NCBI GenBank assembly: GCA_045560315.1
Contig: JBJKZN010000029.1
Coordinates: forward strand, 1 to 60,237
From: Fidelibacterota bacterium
Lineage (GTDB): Bacteria > Fidelibacterota > Marinisomatia > Marinisomatales > Marinisomataceae
Length of the DNA stretch: 60,237 bases
Direction of reading: 5' to 3'
The notes beneath the pieces were generated by a model that was not told the DNA's origin, made no database searches, and saw only the letters and a list, made by a program, of their open reading frames with translations. The stretch's first letter is position 1. The number at the start of each line of letters is the position of its first letter. The position numbers were made by a program, and so were the translations under genes. Of this stretch, positions 1-10,017 are shown one piece after another.

Positions 1-161
1 GCTCTCCTTGTAATGCTAAAAAAGGAAATAGGACACCAAAAGAAGCGCAAATGAAATTGATGAAAGAACCAAAAAAACCTAATAGATTCATGTACTTTAA
101 TCAGTTTGTAAAAGATAGGAACGCAGGCTGGAAAGATTATTTATTTATCAACAGAAATTAA
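1..161 (+). CDS. HNH-type endonuclease, C-terminal fragment (5' end outside window)
   Basis: Frame 3 reads ...SPCNAKKGNRTPKEAQMKLMKEPKKPNRF...INRN, then TAA at 159-161. C-x-x-C-N-x-K-K-G-N-R resembles the C-terminal Cys pair and Asn of HNH nucleases. It is open at the window edge, so it is absent from the ORF track. Confidence 0.4.
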   Translation, partial: SPCNAKKGNRTPKEAQMKLMKEPKKPNRFMYFNQFVKDRNAGWKDYLFINRN

Positions 162-162
162 A

Positions 163-1131
163 ATGAAGAAAAAAAGAATATTAAGCGGAGTACAACCATC
201 AGGTTTATTACATATCGGAAATTATTTTGGTATGATTAGAAGAATGATTGATTTTCAAGATTCTTCAGATTTGTTTTGTTTTATTGCAAACTACCATTCT
301 TTGACATCTATTAGTAATAAAGAAGAGTTAGAGAAAAATACCTTTAATGCATTTTCTGATTTATTGGCATTAGGTCTTGATTCAAAAAAATCTACGATAT
401 GGATCCAATCTCATGTTCCAACAGTTACAGAATTAACATGGATACTATCTAATTTTACAAGTGTAGGTTTAATGCAGAGATCAACATCATACAAGGATAA
501 GGTTGCAAATGGCCTCAGTCCAAATATGGGCTTATTTTCTTATCCAGTATTAATGGCATCAGATATTTTAGCATTTCAATCGGATATTGTTCCTGTTGGA
601 AAAGATCAGAAGCAGCATTTAGAAATGACAAGAGATATTGCTATTAAGTTCAATAATACACATGGTGAAGTTTTTACTATTCCGGAAATTGATATTGATG
701 AGAATAATGAAATTATTTTTGGAATTGATAGTAAGAAAATGAGCAAATCATATAATAATACTATCCCAATCTTTGGTAACGAAGATTATATTAAGAATCA
801 AATAATGAATATTGTTACTGACTCTGCTGGATTGAATGAACCTAAAGATATAGATACCCCTCTTTTCAAAATATATTCATTATTTCTAGATGAAGATGGA
901 AAGAATGAATTAAAAGATAGATATCTTACTCCAGGTTTGAAGTATATGAGTGTAAAAAATGAATTATATGATCATATCATGGATTATTTCTCTAAACAAA
1001 GAACTCTTAAGCAGCATTATCTAGATAACCCGGATGATATTTTTGATTTAATGGATTTAGGAAGCAAAAAAGCTGAAATAATTGCATCTGAAACTCTATC
1101 CAATGTGAAAAAGTCTATTGGAATGGTTTAG
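163..1131 (+). CDS. trpS: tryptophanyl-tRNA synthetase
   Basis: Class I aaRS motifs: SGVQPSGLLHIGNYFG (HIGH-type) and KMSKS. Length of 322 aa is typical of TrpRS. Confidence 0.95.
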   Translation: MKKKRILSGVQPSGLLHIGNYFGMIRRMIDFQDSSDLFCFIANYHSLTSISNKEELEKNTFNAFSDLLALGLDSKKSTIWIQSHVPTVTELTWILSNFTSVGLMQRSTSYKDKVANGLSPNMGLFSYPVLMASDILAFQSDIVPVGKDQKQHLEMTRDIAIKFNNTHGEVFTIPEIDIDENNEIIFGIDSKKMSKSYNNTIPIFGNEDYIKNQIMNIVTDSAGLNEPKDIDTPLFKIYSLFLDEDGKNELKDRYLTPGLKYMSVKNELYDHIMDYFSKQRTLKQHYLDNPDDIFDLMDLGSKKAEIIASETLSNVKKSIGMV

Positions 1132-1134
1132 CTG

Positions 1135-1857
1135 GTGTTTAATGTAAAGTTAGAGAACTTTGAAGGACCATTAGACCTACTTCTATATTTTATCAAAAGA
1201 GATAAAATAGATATCTATGATATTCCAATCTCTAAAATTACATCTGAATATATCGATGTAATTAACGCGGCTAAAAAATTAGATGTTTCTGTAGCTGGAG
1301 AGTTTCTTTTTATGGCATCTCTGCTATTACGGTTAAAAACAAGAATGCTATTACCTAGAAAGAAAGATGAAGAAGGCTTGGATATCGATGATCCAAGGAT
1401 TAGCTTGGTGGATCAATTATTGCAGTATAAAAATTTTAAAAATATCGCATATCAATTAAAAGATATGCATAATGAGAATAAAGATTTGTTTTATCGTCCC
1501 AATGATAAGATTTCTTTTCAAAATACATCAAAACCTGCAGATTTCTTAAACGAGGTAAGTTTATTTGATATATCAAAGATTTTCCAATATGCTATTGATA
1601 ACGCTCCAGAAAATAGCGCAATTACTATACAAAGAGATACTATATCGCTAGAAGAGCAAAAACAGTTTATTATTTCTAATTTCAAAGAGAAATCTATTAT
1701 TTCATTGACTACATTAATCAATAAGTTGGAAAGTAAATTAGAAATTATTATTACATTCTTGGCCGTATTAGATATGATTAAGGAGTCTGAATTAATTTGT
1801 AAGCAAAAAAATATTTTTGATGATATTGAAATAAAATTAAATATTGTTACCGCATGA
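1135..1857 (+). CDS. scpA: segregation and condensation protein A
   Basis: GTG start. The N-terminus LENFEGPLDLLLYFIKRDKIDIYDIPISKITSEYI is the ScpA kleisin signature. It is followed by scpB with an ATGA overlap. Confidence 0.85.
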   Translation: MFNVKLENFEGPLDLLLYFIKRDKIDIYDIPISKITSEYIDVINAAKKLDVSVAGEFLFMASLLLRLKTRMLLPRKKDEEGLDIDDPRISLVDQLLQYKNFKNIAYQLKDMHNENKDLFYRPNDKISFQNTSKPADFLNEVSLFDISKIFQYAIDNAPENSAITIQRDTISLEEQKQFIISNFKEKSIISLTTLINKLESKLEIIITFLAVLDMIKESELICKQKNIFDDIEIKLNIVTA

Positions 1858-2402
1858 AAGAACAACAACTAATTATAGAATCTTTATTGTTTGTTGCATC
1901 TGAACCTCTTTTACAATCAGATATAGACAGAGTTTTTGATAGCAATGATATCCCATCATTAGATGAGATTGTTAAAGATATTAATCTAAAATATGCTAAT
2001 CATGCTTTTGAAATCAAAGGAGTTGGTAAAGGCTATATGCTTGTTAGTAAAAGAGAATTTGAACCATTTATATCAAAGTATGTGCCAAGTAAGAAACTTA
2101 TGTTATCTAATGCAAGTTTAGAAGTTTTGGCAATCATTGCATATAAACAACCGATATCAAGAATAGATATTGAATCAATAAGAGGAGTAGATTGCAAGGG
2201 AGTGTTAAAAAATCTATTAACTAAAAAATTAATTAAGATCGGAGGAAGAGATGATTCATTAGGTAGAGCACTACTTTATCATACTACTGACGATTATTTA
2301 AAACATTTTGGATTAACAAGTTTATCTGAAATGCCGACAAGCAATGAAATTGCTGATATTATAGATTCTGAAGATAGTGGAATCATCAATGAAGTTATTT
2401 AA
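1854..2402 (+). CDS. scpB: segregation and condensation protein B
   Basis: IESLLFVASEPL and LSNASLEVLAIIAYKQPISRIDIESIRGVD are ScpB winged-helix motifs. Confidence 0.85.
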   Translation: MKEQQLIIESLLFVASEPLLQSDIDRVFDSNDIPSLDEIVKDINLKYANHAFEIKGVGKGYMLVSKREFEPFISKYVPSKKLMLSNASLEVLAIIAYKQPISRIDIESIRGVDCKGVLKNLLTKKLIKIGGRDDSLGRALLYHTTDDYLKHFGLTSLSEMPTSNEIADIIDSEDSGIINEVI

Positions 2403-3105
2403 ATTTATTTCATCATCTGGAATTATCTCTCGAAGAAAAGCGCAAGAATCAATTCAACTAGCAATGGTTACGGTTAATAATGTAGTAGTAATGGACCCCT
2501 TTGTTGATATTGACCCTATAAAAGATATTGTCAGATTTGATGATCAGAAGATTGTTTTAAGTTCAACTACTACTACACTTGCCTTATATAAACCTAAAGG
2601 ATTTATTTCTTCTAGGAGCGATGAAATGGGTAGAAAGACAATCTTTGATCTTATTCCTAGAAAACCTTTCTTAAATCATGTAGGAAGACTAGACAAAGAC
2701 ACAACGGGTTTAATTTTATTAACGAATGATGGAGATTTGTCCCAATTTCTTACTCACCCTAAGAATAAAATACCAAAGGAGTATATAGCAGAGACTAATG
2801 ATATCATTGATAAAAAAACTATTCAGAAAATTGAAAGAGGAATCTTTATAGGTTCAGGAGAAAAAGGGAAAGCAAAAATTGTATCACAAGAAAAGATTAA
2901 AAAGACAATACATGTTAAGATGATTTTAAGACAAGGAAAAAAGAATGAAATAAGAAGAATATTTAAATTTTCAGGTTTAAAACTGATTTCATTAAAAAGA
3001 ATAAAATTTGGCAATATCACATTGGATCAATTGAAAGAAGGTCAATGGAGAGAACTAACAAAAAAAGAAAAGAAATATTTGAAGGAAATAACAAGAAAAG
3101 CATAA
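2389..3105 (+). CDS. rluB: RluB/RsuA-family rRNA pseudouridine synthase with S4 domain
   Basis: S4-like N-terminus KLFKFISSSGIISRRKAQESI and catalytic motif GRLDKDTTGLILLTNDG. The track ORF opens at GTG 2377; ATG 2389 gives the usual N-terminus. Confidence 0.8.
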   Translation: MKLFKFISSSGIISRRKAQESIQLAMVTVNNVVVMDPFVDIDPIKDIVRFDDQKIVLSSTTTTLALYKPKGFISSRSDEMGRKTIFDLIPRKPFLNHVGRLDKDTTGLILLTNDGDLSQFLTHPKNKIPKEYIAETNDIIDKKTIQKIERGIFIGSGEKGKAKIVSQEKIKKTIHVKMILRQGKKNEIRRIFKFSGLKLISLKRIKFGNITLDQLKEGQWRELTKKEKKYLKEITRKA

Positions 3106-3160
3106 GATTTTAAACATCTTGGCATTTATTGAAAGAAAAACTAACTTTCTGAGCATTTTT

Positions 3161-3820
3161 ATGGTAATAACAATTGATGGACCTGCTGGCGTTGGTAAAA
3201 CTACTACCGCAAAGAGACTAGCAAATAAGCTAGGGTATCAGTATTTGGATACTGGGGCTATGTATAGAGCTGTGACTTATTTTTTTAGACAGAATTCTAT
3301 TGATATCAATGCCAAAGACCAGGTTAAAAAAATGCTAGATATTTTAAAGTTGGAATTAGACTTCACCTCTAATGATAGCATTATAGTTTTATTAGATGGT
3401 GAAGACATCAGCTCATCGATTCGTAGTGAAGAAGTTACAAATGCAGTAAGTAGAGTTAGTGCATTAGAAGCTGTGAGAGAAAAAATAGTAGAAATGCAAA
3501 AAAATACCGTGAAAAATGGTAACTTTGTTGTTGAAGGAAGAGATATCGGAACGGTAGTTTTTCCAGATGCAAAATATAAGTTTTTTCTTGTAGCTGACTA
3601 TGATACTAGAGCAGAGAGAAGATTAAAAGACTTTAAGAGAGTAAATGAGGAGTTAAACGTTAACAAAATAAAACAAGATTTGACAGATAGAGACCAGTAT
3701 GACAGTAGTCGTAAACTTTCTCCATTGAAACAGGCAAAGGATGCAATTGTCGTTGATACATCAAACTGTACTATTGATGATCAAGTTAATCAAATCTATA
3801 AACACATTGAAAGAAACTAA
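3161..3820 (+). CDS. cmk: cytidylate kinase
   Basis: P-loop at the N-terminus (MVITIDGPAGVGKTT), then LDTGAMYRA. The cmk-rpsA order is conserved. The track ORF starts at TTG 3119; ATG 3161 is preferred. Confidence 0.9.
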   Translation: MVITIDGPAGVGKTTTAKRLANKLGYQYLDTGAMYRAVTYFFRQNSIDINAKDQVKKMLDILKLELDFTSNDSIIVLLDGEDISSSIRSEEVTNAVSRVSALEAVREKIVEMQKNTVKNGNFVVEGRDIGTVVFPDAKYKFFLVADYDTRAERRLKDFKRVNEELNVNKIKQDLTDRDQYDSSRKLSPLKQAKDAIVVDTSNCTIDDQVNQIYKHIERN

Positions 3821-3825
3821 ATAAT

Positions 3826-5592
3826 ATGAACGATCAACCTAAACAAGATGTAAACAAAGAAGTAGAAGAAGTAGTAGTAGAGCAAGAAGCTATTGAGACA
3901 GTGTCAGAAGAAAAAACTGCAGAAGAGAAAGTGTCTTCTAAAAAGACAATTAAAGATTATTTAAGTAAAGATTTATTTTCAGATATCAAGATGATTTCTG
4001 GCAAAGAAGATGAAGTAAAAACAGATAGCGTATCTGATGATCATTTAGAAGAATATGAAGGAACCTTTAACGACATATCAGAGAATCAAATCATATCAGC
4101 AAAAGTCATTGGTATCAGTGATAGCGATATTATGGTAGATATAGGTTTTAAATCAGAAGGGCTAATTAATAGGTCAGAATTTAATAATAAAGATTTACCT
4201 GAAATTGGATCTAACATTGATATATTTCTTGAAAAATTCGAAGATACTGATGGCAATATCACTCTATCAAAATATAAAGCAGATTTTATCAAGAGATGGG
4301 ATGAGTTAAAAGAGTTTTGCGAAAATGCTGAGCCTGTAAAAGGAAAAATTATTAAACGTGTTAAAGGAGGTCTTGTTGTAGACCTAGGAGTTATACAAGC
4401 ATTCTTACCAGGATCACAAGCAGATGTTCAACCTATTAAAAACTTTGATGATTTGATTAATAAAGAGTTTGATTTTCAGATTGTAAAAGTTGATGAATTA
4501 AGGAAAAATCTTGTTGTGTCTCGAAAAGCAATATTAGAAGAATCTTTAAATGAAAAAAGACAGGAATTAATGACAAAAATTGAAGTAGGTGCACAACTTC
4601 AAGGACTGGTAAAAAATATTACTGACTTTGGAGCCTTTGTTGATTTAGGCGGAGTAGATGGATTAATCCATATTACTGATTTTTCATGGGGCAGAATTAA
4701 TCATCCATCTGAGATTGTATCTATAGGAGATGAGATTACAGTTCAAATCATTGATTATAATGAACAGACCTCAAGAATATCATTAGGATTAAAACAATTA
4801 GTAGAGAATCCTTGGAAAGTGATACCAGATAAGTATAGTGTCGGGGATTCAGTGAAAGGTAAAATTGTTAGTATTATGAATTATGGTATTTTTATTGAAA
4901 TAGAAAAAGGGATTGAAGGATTAATTCATATTTCTGAAATATCATGGACAAAAAATATCCAAAATCTGCAAGATCAATACAAGATAGGTGATTCATTAGA
5001 TTCAAAAATCTTATTTATTGATGCTAATGAGCAGAAAATTAGTCTAGGGATTAAACAACTAACTCCAGATCCATGGGATGACATATCTTCACAAGTAAGT
5101 GTTGGAGATAAGAAAAAAGGAGCAATTAATAAGATTACAAAATTTGGAGCATATGTAGACTTAGGAAAGGATATTGAAGGATTTCTAAGAAATACAGAGT
5201 TTGATTGGAAAAAAACTCCTTTACACCCAAAAGAGTTTATTAATGAAGGTGATGCAATTGAATTTATTATTATAGATATATCAGATAAAGATCGAAAAAT
5301 ACTACTAAGTGTTAAAGATTTGACAGAAAGCCCATGGCCTGCTATAACAGAAAAATACTCTTCAGGCGATAAGCTTAAAGGTGCTATTTCAGATATTAAT
5401 GATTCTGGTATTCTAATTGATATGGATGATAATGTAATTGGTCTTGTTCCTTCAGATAAAATTTCAAGAGAATTAAAAAAAGATTATTTAAATTCTATTG
5501 AACCGGGTGACACTATCGATTTATTAGTTGTTGAGGTTAAAGAACAAGATAAGAATGTCATCTTAATGCTTGATCAACCTAATGTTGAATAA
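3826..5592 (+). CDS. rpsA: 30S ribosomal protein S1 with acidic N-terminal extension
   Basis: Six repeated S1/OB modules, for example GxVxxItdFGAFVDLGGVDGLIHITD and IEKGIEGLIHISE. Length is 588 aa. Confidence 0.95.
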   Translation: MNDQPKQDVNKEVEEVVVEQEAIETVSEEKTAEEKVSSKKTIKDYLSKDLFSDIKMISGKEDEVKTDSVSDDHLEEYEGTFNDISENQIISAKVIGISDSDIMVDIGFKSEGLINRSEFNNKDLPEIGSNIDIFLEKFEDTDGNITLSKYKADFIKRWDELKEFCENAEPVKGKIIKRVKGGLVVDLGVIQAFLPGSQADVQPIKNFDDLINKEFDFQIVKVDELRKNLVVSRKAILEESLNEKRQELMTKIEVGAQLQGLVKNITDFGAFVDLGGVDGLIHITDFSWGRINHPSEIVSIGDEITVQIIDYNEQTSRISLGLKQLVENPWKVIPDKYSVGDSVKGKIVSIMNYGIFIEIEKGIEGLIHISEISWTKNIQNLQDQYKIGDSLDSKILFIDANEQKISLGIKQLTPDPWDDISSQVSVGDKKKGAINKITKFGAYVDLGKDIEGFLRNTEFDWKKTPLHPKEFINEGDAIEFIIIDISDKDRKILLSVKDLTESPWPAITEKYSSGDKLKGAISDINDSGILIDMDDNVIGLVPSDKISRELKKDYLNSIEPGDTIDLLVVEVKEQDKNVILMLDQPNVE

Positions 5593-6544
5593 TACTAACC
5601 AGATTAAAAGACTTTTATATTCTTTTGTTATTGCATTTATCTTTTGGTTCTTCATTAAGAGTGAAGATACTTACTCAGTTACAACAAAGATTCCTTTAGT
5701 TGCACGCAACTTGCAAGAACAGAAGACTTATAAAGAAGAAGTTCCTGAAAGTATCATTGTAACTCTAAAGGGTTCAGGTAGAGCATTTATTTGGTTGCGA
5801 TTTTTTGATAGTTTCTATGAAGATTATAAAGCTGTTTTAGATTTAAGTCGAATTGCAGATGAATATAATTTTGAACTAGACCAATATTATAAGAATAATC
5901 CTGAAAAAATAGTTTTACCGCCTTCTTTAGATTTAGAGTTTGTAGAGGTTATCTCTCCTAGAAGTATAAAGATTAATTTAGATCAATACTTAGTCAAGAA
6001 AGTACCAATTCGATCTCAAGTAGTTGCTTTAACAGAGTCAGGATATGTACAAGTTGGGAATCAAGTTTTTATCCCAGATTCTATTAGTATTGGAGGACCA
6101 CAAGAAGTTGTAGATAGTATTGCATTTGTTAATACTGAAAAAGATACTATGGAAGGTTTAGTATCATCAATAGAAGGAGAACTATCTATTATAAATCCAA
6201 ACAAGCTTGTTAATTTTGATCCAAAGAAGGTTCAAGGCTATATTGATATTCAACCAATTAGTGAAACAATTGTAACAGGCATTCCAGTTAAACTAATTAA
6301 TAAACCTAATGATATAAATGTATTTGTTAATCCTGCTACAGTTTCGCTAACTATTGTTGGAGGTTTAAATGAAATTGCTGGAACTACATCTAATGATATA
6401 GAGGTTGTGATTAATTTTGAGAAATCTTGGAAAGTTGATAAACAGTTTTATTCGCCAGTAATAAAGATTCCTGATACTATTATGGAATGGAAAGATCTCT
6501 CTCCAAATAATTTAGAAATTTTAGTTATAAAAGAAATCAATTGA
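5570..6544 (+). CDS. YbbR-like repeat protein (CdaR-like), N-terminally membrane-anchored
   Basis: One N-terminal TM helix (LLYSFVIAFIFWFFI). This is followed by repeated ~85-aa units with the YbbR pattern: P..V.v.l.G....l..l....i.a.vDl, then P..v.v. Confidence 0.5.
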   Translation: MINLMLNNTNQIKRLLYSFVIAFIFWFFIKSEDTYSVTTKIPLVARNLQEQKTYKEEVPESIIVTLKGSGRAFIWLRFFDSFYEDYKAVLDLSRIADEYNFELDQYYKNNPEKIVLPPSLDLEFVEVISPRSIKINLDQYLVKKVPIRSQVVALTESGYVQVGNQVFIPDSISIGGPQEVVDSIAFVNTEKDTMEGLVSSIEGELSIINPNKLVNFDPKKVQGYIDIQPISETIVTGIPVKLINKPNDINVFVNPATVSLTIVGGLNEIAGTTSNDIEVVINFEKSWKVDKQFYSPVIKIPDTIMEWKDLSPNNLEILVIKEIN

Positions 6545-7515
6545 TCATTTTAGGAATAGAGACATCGTGCGATGAAACTGGCGTCGCTATATGCGACAAT
6601 TCAAAAATAATTTCAAGCTATACGAAAACACAATCTATTCATACAAAATTTGGCGGTGTAGTTCCAGAGATTGCATCAAGAGAGCATGAAAAATTTCTAC
6701 CTGAAATTACTGAAAAAGTTCTTAGAGATGCTAAATTAGACTATTCACATTTAGAAGCAATTGCAGTAACAAGTGGTCCAGGATTAATGGGGTCATTGCT
6801 GTCAGGTATTTCTTTTGCAAAGGGAATATCTCAGGGTTTAGGAATACCTATTGTCCCTATTAACCATTTAGAGGCACATTTAAATTCAGCATTTATAGAG
6901 TTTGAAACATTAGACCCTCCTTTTATCAATTTGCTTGTTTCTGGTGGTCATACTCAGATATGGCTTGTTAAAGATTTATTCGACTATACTTTATTAGGAG
7001 AAACTTTAGATGATGCATGTGGAGAAGCTTTTGATAAGGGAGCTAAAACATTAGGACTAAATTATCCAGGTGGACCAGAAATAGAAAAATTAGCAATAGG
7101 TGGAAATAAAGAATTAATAGATTTTCCACGTCCTATTCTTAACGATGGAACTTATAATTTTAGTTTTAGCGGACTTAAGACATCTCTGATTAATTGTATT
7201 AATAATAGTGAATATGATTTAAAAGATGTTGCTGCAAGTTATCAAGAAGCAATTGTTGATTGTTTGGTCGGTAAATTGGAAAAATCTATGGATGATTTAA
7301 ATATTGATACAGGTATAGTCTGTGGCGGTGTTGCTGCTAATCAAAGATTGAGAGAAAAATTAGGTGGCATAAACAAAAAAATTATTTTTCCATCATTGAA
7401 ATATTGTACAGACAATGCAGACATGATTGCATTTTTAGCAGAGAAAAAGATAAATAACAATTCAGCTAAAATTGGTATCAATTTCTCTGCTTATTCAAGA
7501 GGAATGGTTCTCTAG
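6541..7515 (+). CDS. tsaD: tRNA N6-adenosine threonylcarbamoyltransferase
   Basis: TTG start. ILGIETSCDETGVAI and VSGGHTQ are Kae1/TsaD motifs. Confidence 0.95.
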   Translation: MIILGIETSCDETGVAICDNSKIISSYTKTQSIHTKFGGVVPEIASREHEKFLPEITEKVLRDAKLDYSHLEAIAVTSGPGLMGSLLSGISFAKGISQGLGIPIVPINHLEAHLNSAFIEFETLDPPFINLLVSGGHTQIWLVKDLFDYTLLGETLDDACGEAFDKGAKTLGLNYPGGPEIEKLAIGGNKELIDFPRPILNDGTYNFSFSGLKTSLINCINNSEYDLKDVAASYQEAIVDCLVGKLEKSMDDLNIDTGIVCGGVAANQRLREKLGGINKKIIFPSLKYCTDNADMIAFLAEKKINNNSAKIGINFSAYSRGMVL

Positions 7516-7517
7516 TT

Positions 7518-8750
7518 ATGAGTATTAACAAGTATAATTGGTTTTGGATATCAGTTTTTATAGCCATAGGCTCAGCAATTTATATCAACATGGTTAACTC
7601 TTCTGTAGAAATAGAGGAGATTATAGATAATAATTCTACCGATATAATTCAATCAGAGATGCCAGATAATCAAGTAGATATAGCAATCAAGAATGTCATC
7701 GTATATCCAAATCGTTTTGATAAGAATTCTATCTATATTGATATTGAGATCAATAACCAGAATGGAAAGGGATTAACACAGATTACATTATCCAATGGTG
7801 CAAAATTAATTGCATCCGATCAAATAGAATTATATAATAATAAGCATACTTATTTTCAATCATTTCTTGTTAGAGATGATATCGATTTTGACAGTGTTTT
7901 TAATGTAAAGATTTCTAGTTTAAAATTAGAAGAAAATATATCTAACAACAGGCATTCTTTTACTACTAACTTGAAATCCGAGAAACTCAATATTGCTCTT
8001 ATCAGTGGAGCTCTTAACTATAATTCTAAAGCTATCATTAGTGAAATAGACAATGATTTTGATCATTTTTTCCCTGAAATTGGTACCCATCAACATGATT
8101 TTGAGGATTTCTGGTTTAAAAGATATGATATAGTGATATTTGATAATTTTCCTGCAATTCCCATATCAGATCGATGGTTTAATCTTTTTATCAAAAAGAT
8201 TTATTCAGAAAATACTTCTTTAATAGCATTTAAAGGCAATAACCAAAACCTAGAATCATTTATAAAAATAGCTCCTTTATTTGGATTAGACTTTTCGAGC
8301 GAAAATGAATTGCAAAGTATATCAAAGAAAACACTTTTTTCTAAAAACCATTTTAAATCGATATTAATAAATGATGAATCTTTTTATCGATATATATTGA
8401 GTGGAGATAATACATATTTCCAAGAAGCAATAAGTTGGGTTTCTAAAGACAAAGATCTAATCTATAAATTTTTTCTAGGTAATGATAATTATTATATAAA
8501 TGAGCCAGTATTTATATATGGTTTTGCAAATCGTATTGATAAAGAGAAAAGAGAATTCATTGCTCATATTTATAAAGATGGTATATACATAGAAGAGCAG
8601 AAGCTTTATATAAATCCTATATCAGATTATTATTTTAATCATATAAAAATTGCAGAATCGGGATTATATGATATTAAAATTATAGATAAAGAAAATATCA
8701 CTATAGAAACGATTAATGTTAATATCTTAGAAGAATTAATTAAATTATAA
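7518..8750 (+). CDS. hypothetical membrane-anchored protein (410 aa)
   Basis: Long uninterrupted ORF tightly packed between tsaD and serS. It has a single N-terminal TM helix (WFWISVFIAIGSAIYI). I recognise no family motif. Confidence 0.6.
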   Translation: MSINKYNWFWISVFIAIGSAIYINMVNSSVEIEEIIDNNSTDIIQSEMPDNQVDIAIKNVIVYPNRFDKNSIYIDIEINNQNGKGLTQITLSNGAKLIASDQIELYNNKHTYFQSFLVRDDIDFDSVFNVKISSLKLEENISNNRHSFTTNLKSEKLNIALISGALNYNSKAIISEIDNDFDHFFPEIGTHQHDFEDFWFKRYDIVIFDNFPAIPISDRWFNLFIKKIYSENTSLIAFKGNNQNLESFIKIAPLFGLDFSSENELQSISKKTLFSKNHFKSILINDESFYRYILSGDNTYFQEAISWVSKDKDLIYKFFLGNDNYYINEPVFIYGFANRIDKEKREFIAHIYKDGIYIEEQKLYINPISDYYFNHIKIAESGLYDIKIIDKENITIETINVNILEELIKL

Positions 8751-8751
8751 T

Positions 8752-10017
8752 ATGATTGATATAAAACACATAAGAGAAAATCAATCTTCAATTGAAGAAA
8801 GCTTAAAAAATAAAGATAAATCTATCAGTCTAGATAGCATTGTGAAAGCTGATCTTAATTTAAGGGAATTAACAAAAAGACTAAATGATTTACAATCAGA
8901 GCAAAATAAGCAGTCAAAAGAAATTGGTATTTTAAAATCTCAAGGAAAATCAGATGAATCTGTATTTGCAAAATTAAAAGAATTATCAAAAACAATTAAA
9001 GATCTTGAAGGTGAGCATAGAGATAAATCTACTATTTTTAATAATATGTTATTGGAAATTCCAAATGTTCCGCATAGCTCAGTTCCTATCGGAGAATCAG
9101 AGAAAGAAAATGTGGTAACTAAAGATTGTCCTTCAAAAAAGAAGATTGATTTTAAGCCAAAAAATCATGTTGATATTGCGCAAGATCTTGATTTAATTGA
9201 TTTTGAAAGAGGAGCAAAAATATCTGGTGCAGGATTTCCTCTTTATAAGGGAAATGGAGCATTGCTCGAGAGAGCATTAATCAATTTTATGATTGATTTT
9301 CATTTAAAAAACTATAATTATACAGAATTTTTTACTCCATTTTTAGTAAGACCAGATTCTGCTACTACAACAGGTCAATTACCTAAGTTTCATGAAGATA
9401 TGTATCACATTGAAAAAGATGAGTTATACTTGATACCCACCGCAGAAGTGTCGCTGACTAATATTCATCAAGACGAGATTTTAGAATTATCTGATTTACC
9501 AAAGTATTATTTAGCTTATTCTGCCTGCTTTAGGCGAGAAGCTGGCTCCTATGGTAAAGATACCAGAGGCCTTTTAAGAATACATCAATTTAATAAAGTT
9601 GAATTAGTGAAATTTGTACATCCAGATTCTTCATATAATGAATTAGAATCTCTTACTGAGCAGGCTACAAAGATATTAGATCTACTAGAACTAGATTATA
9701 GAATTATAGAATTATGTAGTGGAGACCTAAGTTTTGCTGCAGCAAAGTGTTATGATTTAGAGGTATGGGCACCAGGTGAAGAAAAATGGTTAGAAGTATC
9801 TTCATGTAGCAACTTTGGAGATTTTCAATCAAGGAGAGGTAATATTAGATTTAGAAATAAAGATGGGCAAGTAGATTATTTACATACATTAAATGGATCA
9901 GGTCTTGCAACTCCAAGAATTTTTGCTGCTCTTTTAGAGACCCATCAAAATAAAGATGGTTCTGTAAACATTCCTGTAGCTCTGCAACCTTATATGGGTA
10001 TAGCGGAGATTAAATAA
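8752..10017 (+). CDS. serS: seryl-tRNA synthetase
   Basis: N-terminal coiled-coil arm and class II core (YLIPTAEV, CFRREAGSYGKDTRGLLRIHQFNKVE, GSGLATPR). Confidence 0.95.
   Translation: MIDIKHIRENQSSIEESLKNKDKSISLDSIVKADLNLRELTKRLNDLQSEQNKQSKEIGILKSQGKSDESVFAKLKELSKTIKDLEGEHRDKSTIFNNMLLEIPNVPHSSVPIGESEKENVVTKDCPSKKKIDFKPKNHVDIAQDLDLIDFERGAKISGAGFPLYKGNGALLERALINFMIDFHLKNYNYTEFFTPFLVRPDSATTTGQLPKFHEDMYHIEKDELYLIPTAEVSLTNIHQDEILELSDLPKYYLAYSACFRREAGSYGKDTRGLLRIHQFNKVELVKFVHPDSSYNELESLTEQATKILDLLELDYRIIELCSGDLSFAAAKCYDLEVWAPGEEKWLEVSSCSNFGDFQSRRGNIRFRNKDGQVDYLHTLNGSGLATPRIFAALLETHQNKDGSVNIPVALQPYMGIAEIK

Noticed and set aside
3119-3160. TTG-initiated N-terminal extension of cmk given by the ORF track (MAFIERKTNFLSIF...)
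   Set aside because: Cytidylate kinases begin a few residues before the P-loop. ATG 3161 (MVITIDGPAGVGKTT) gives the canonical N-terminus.
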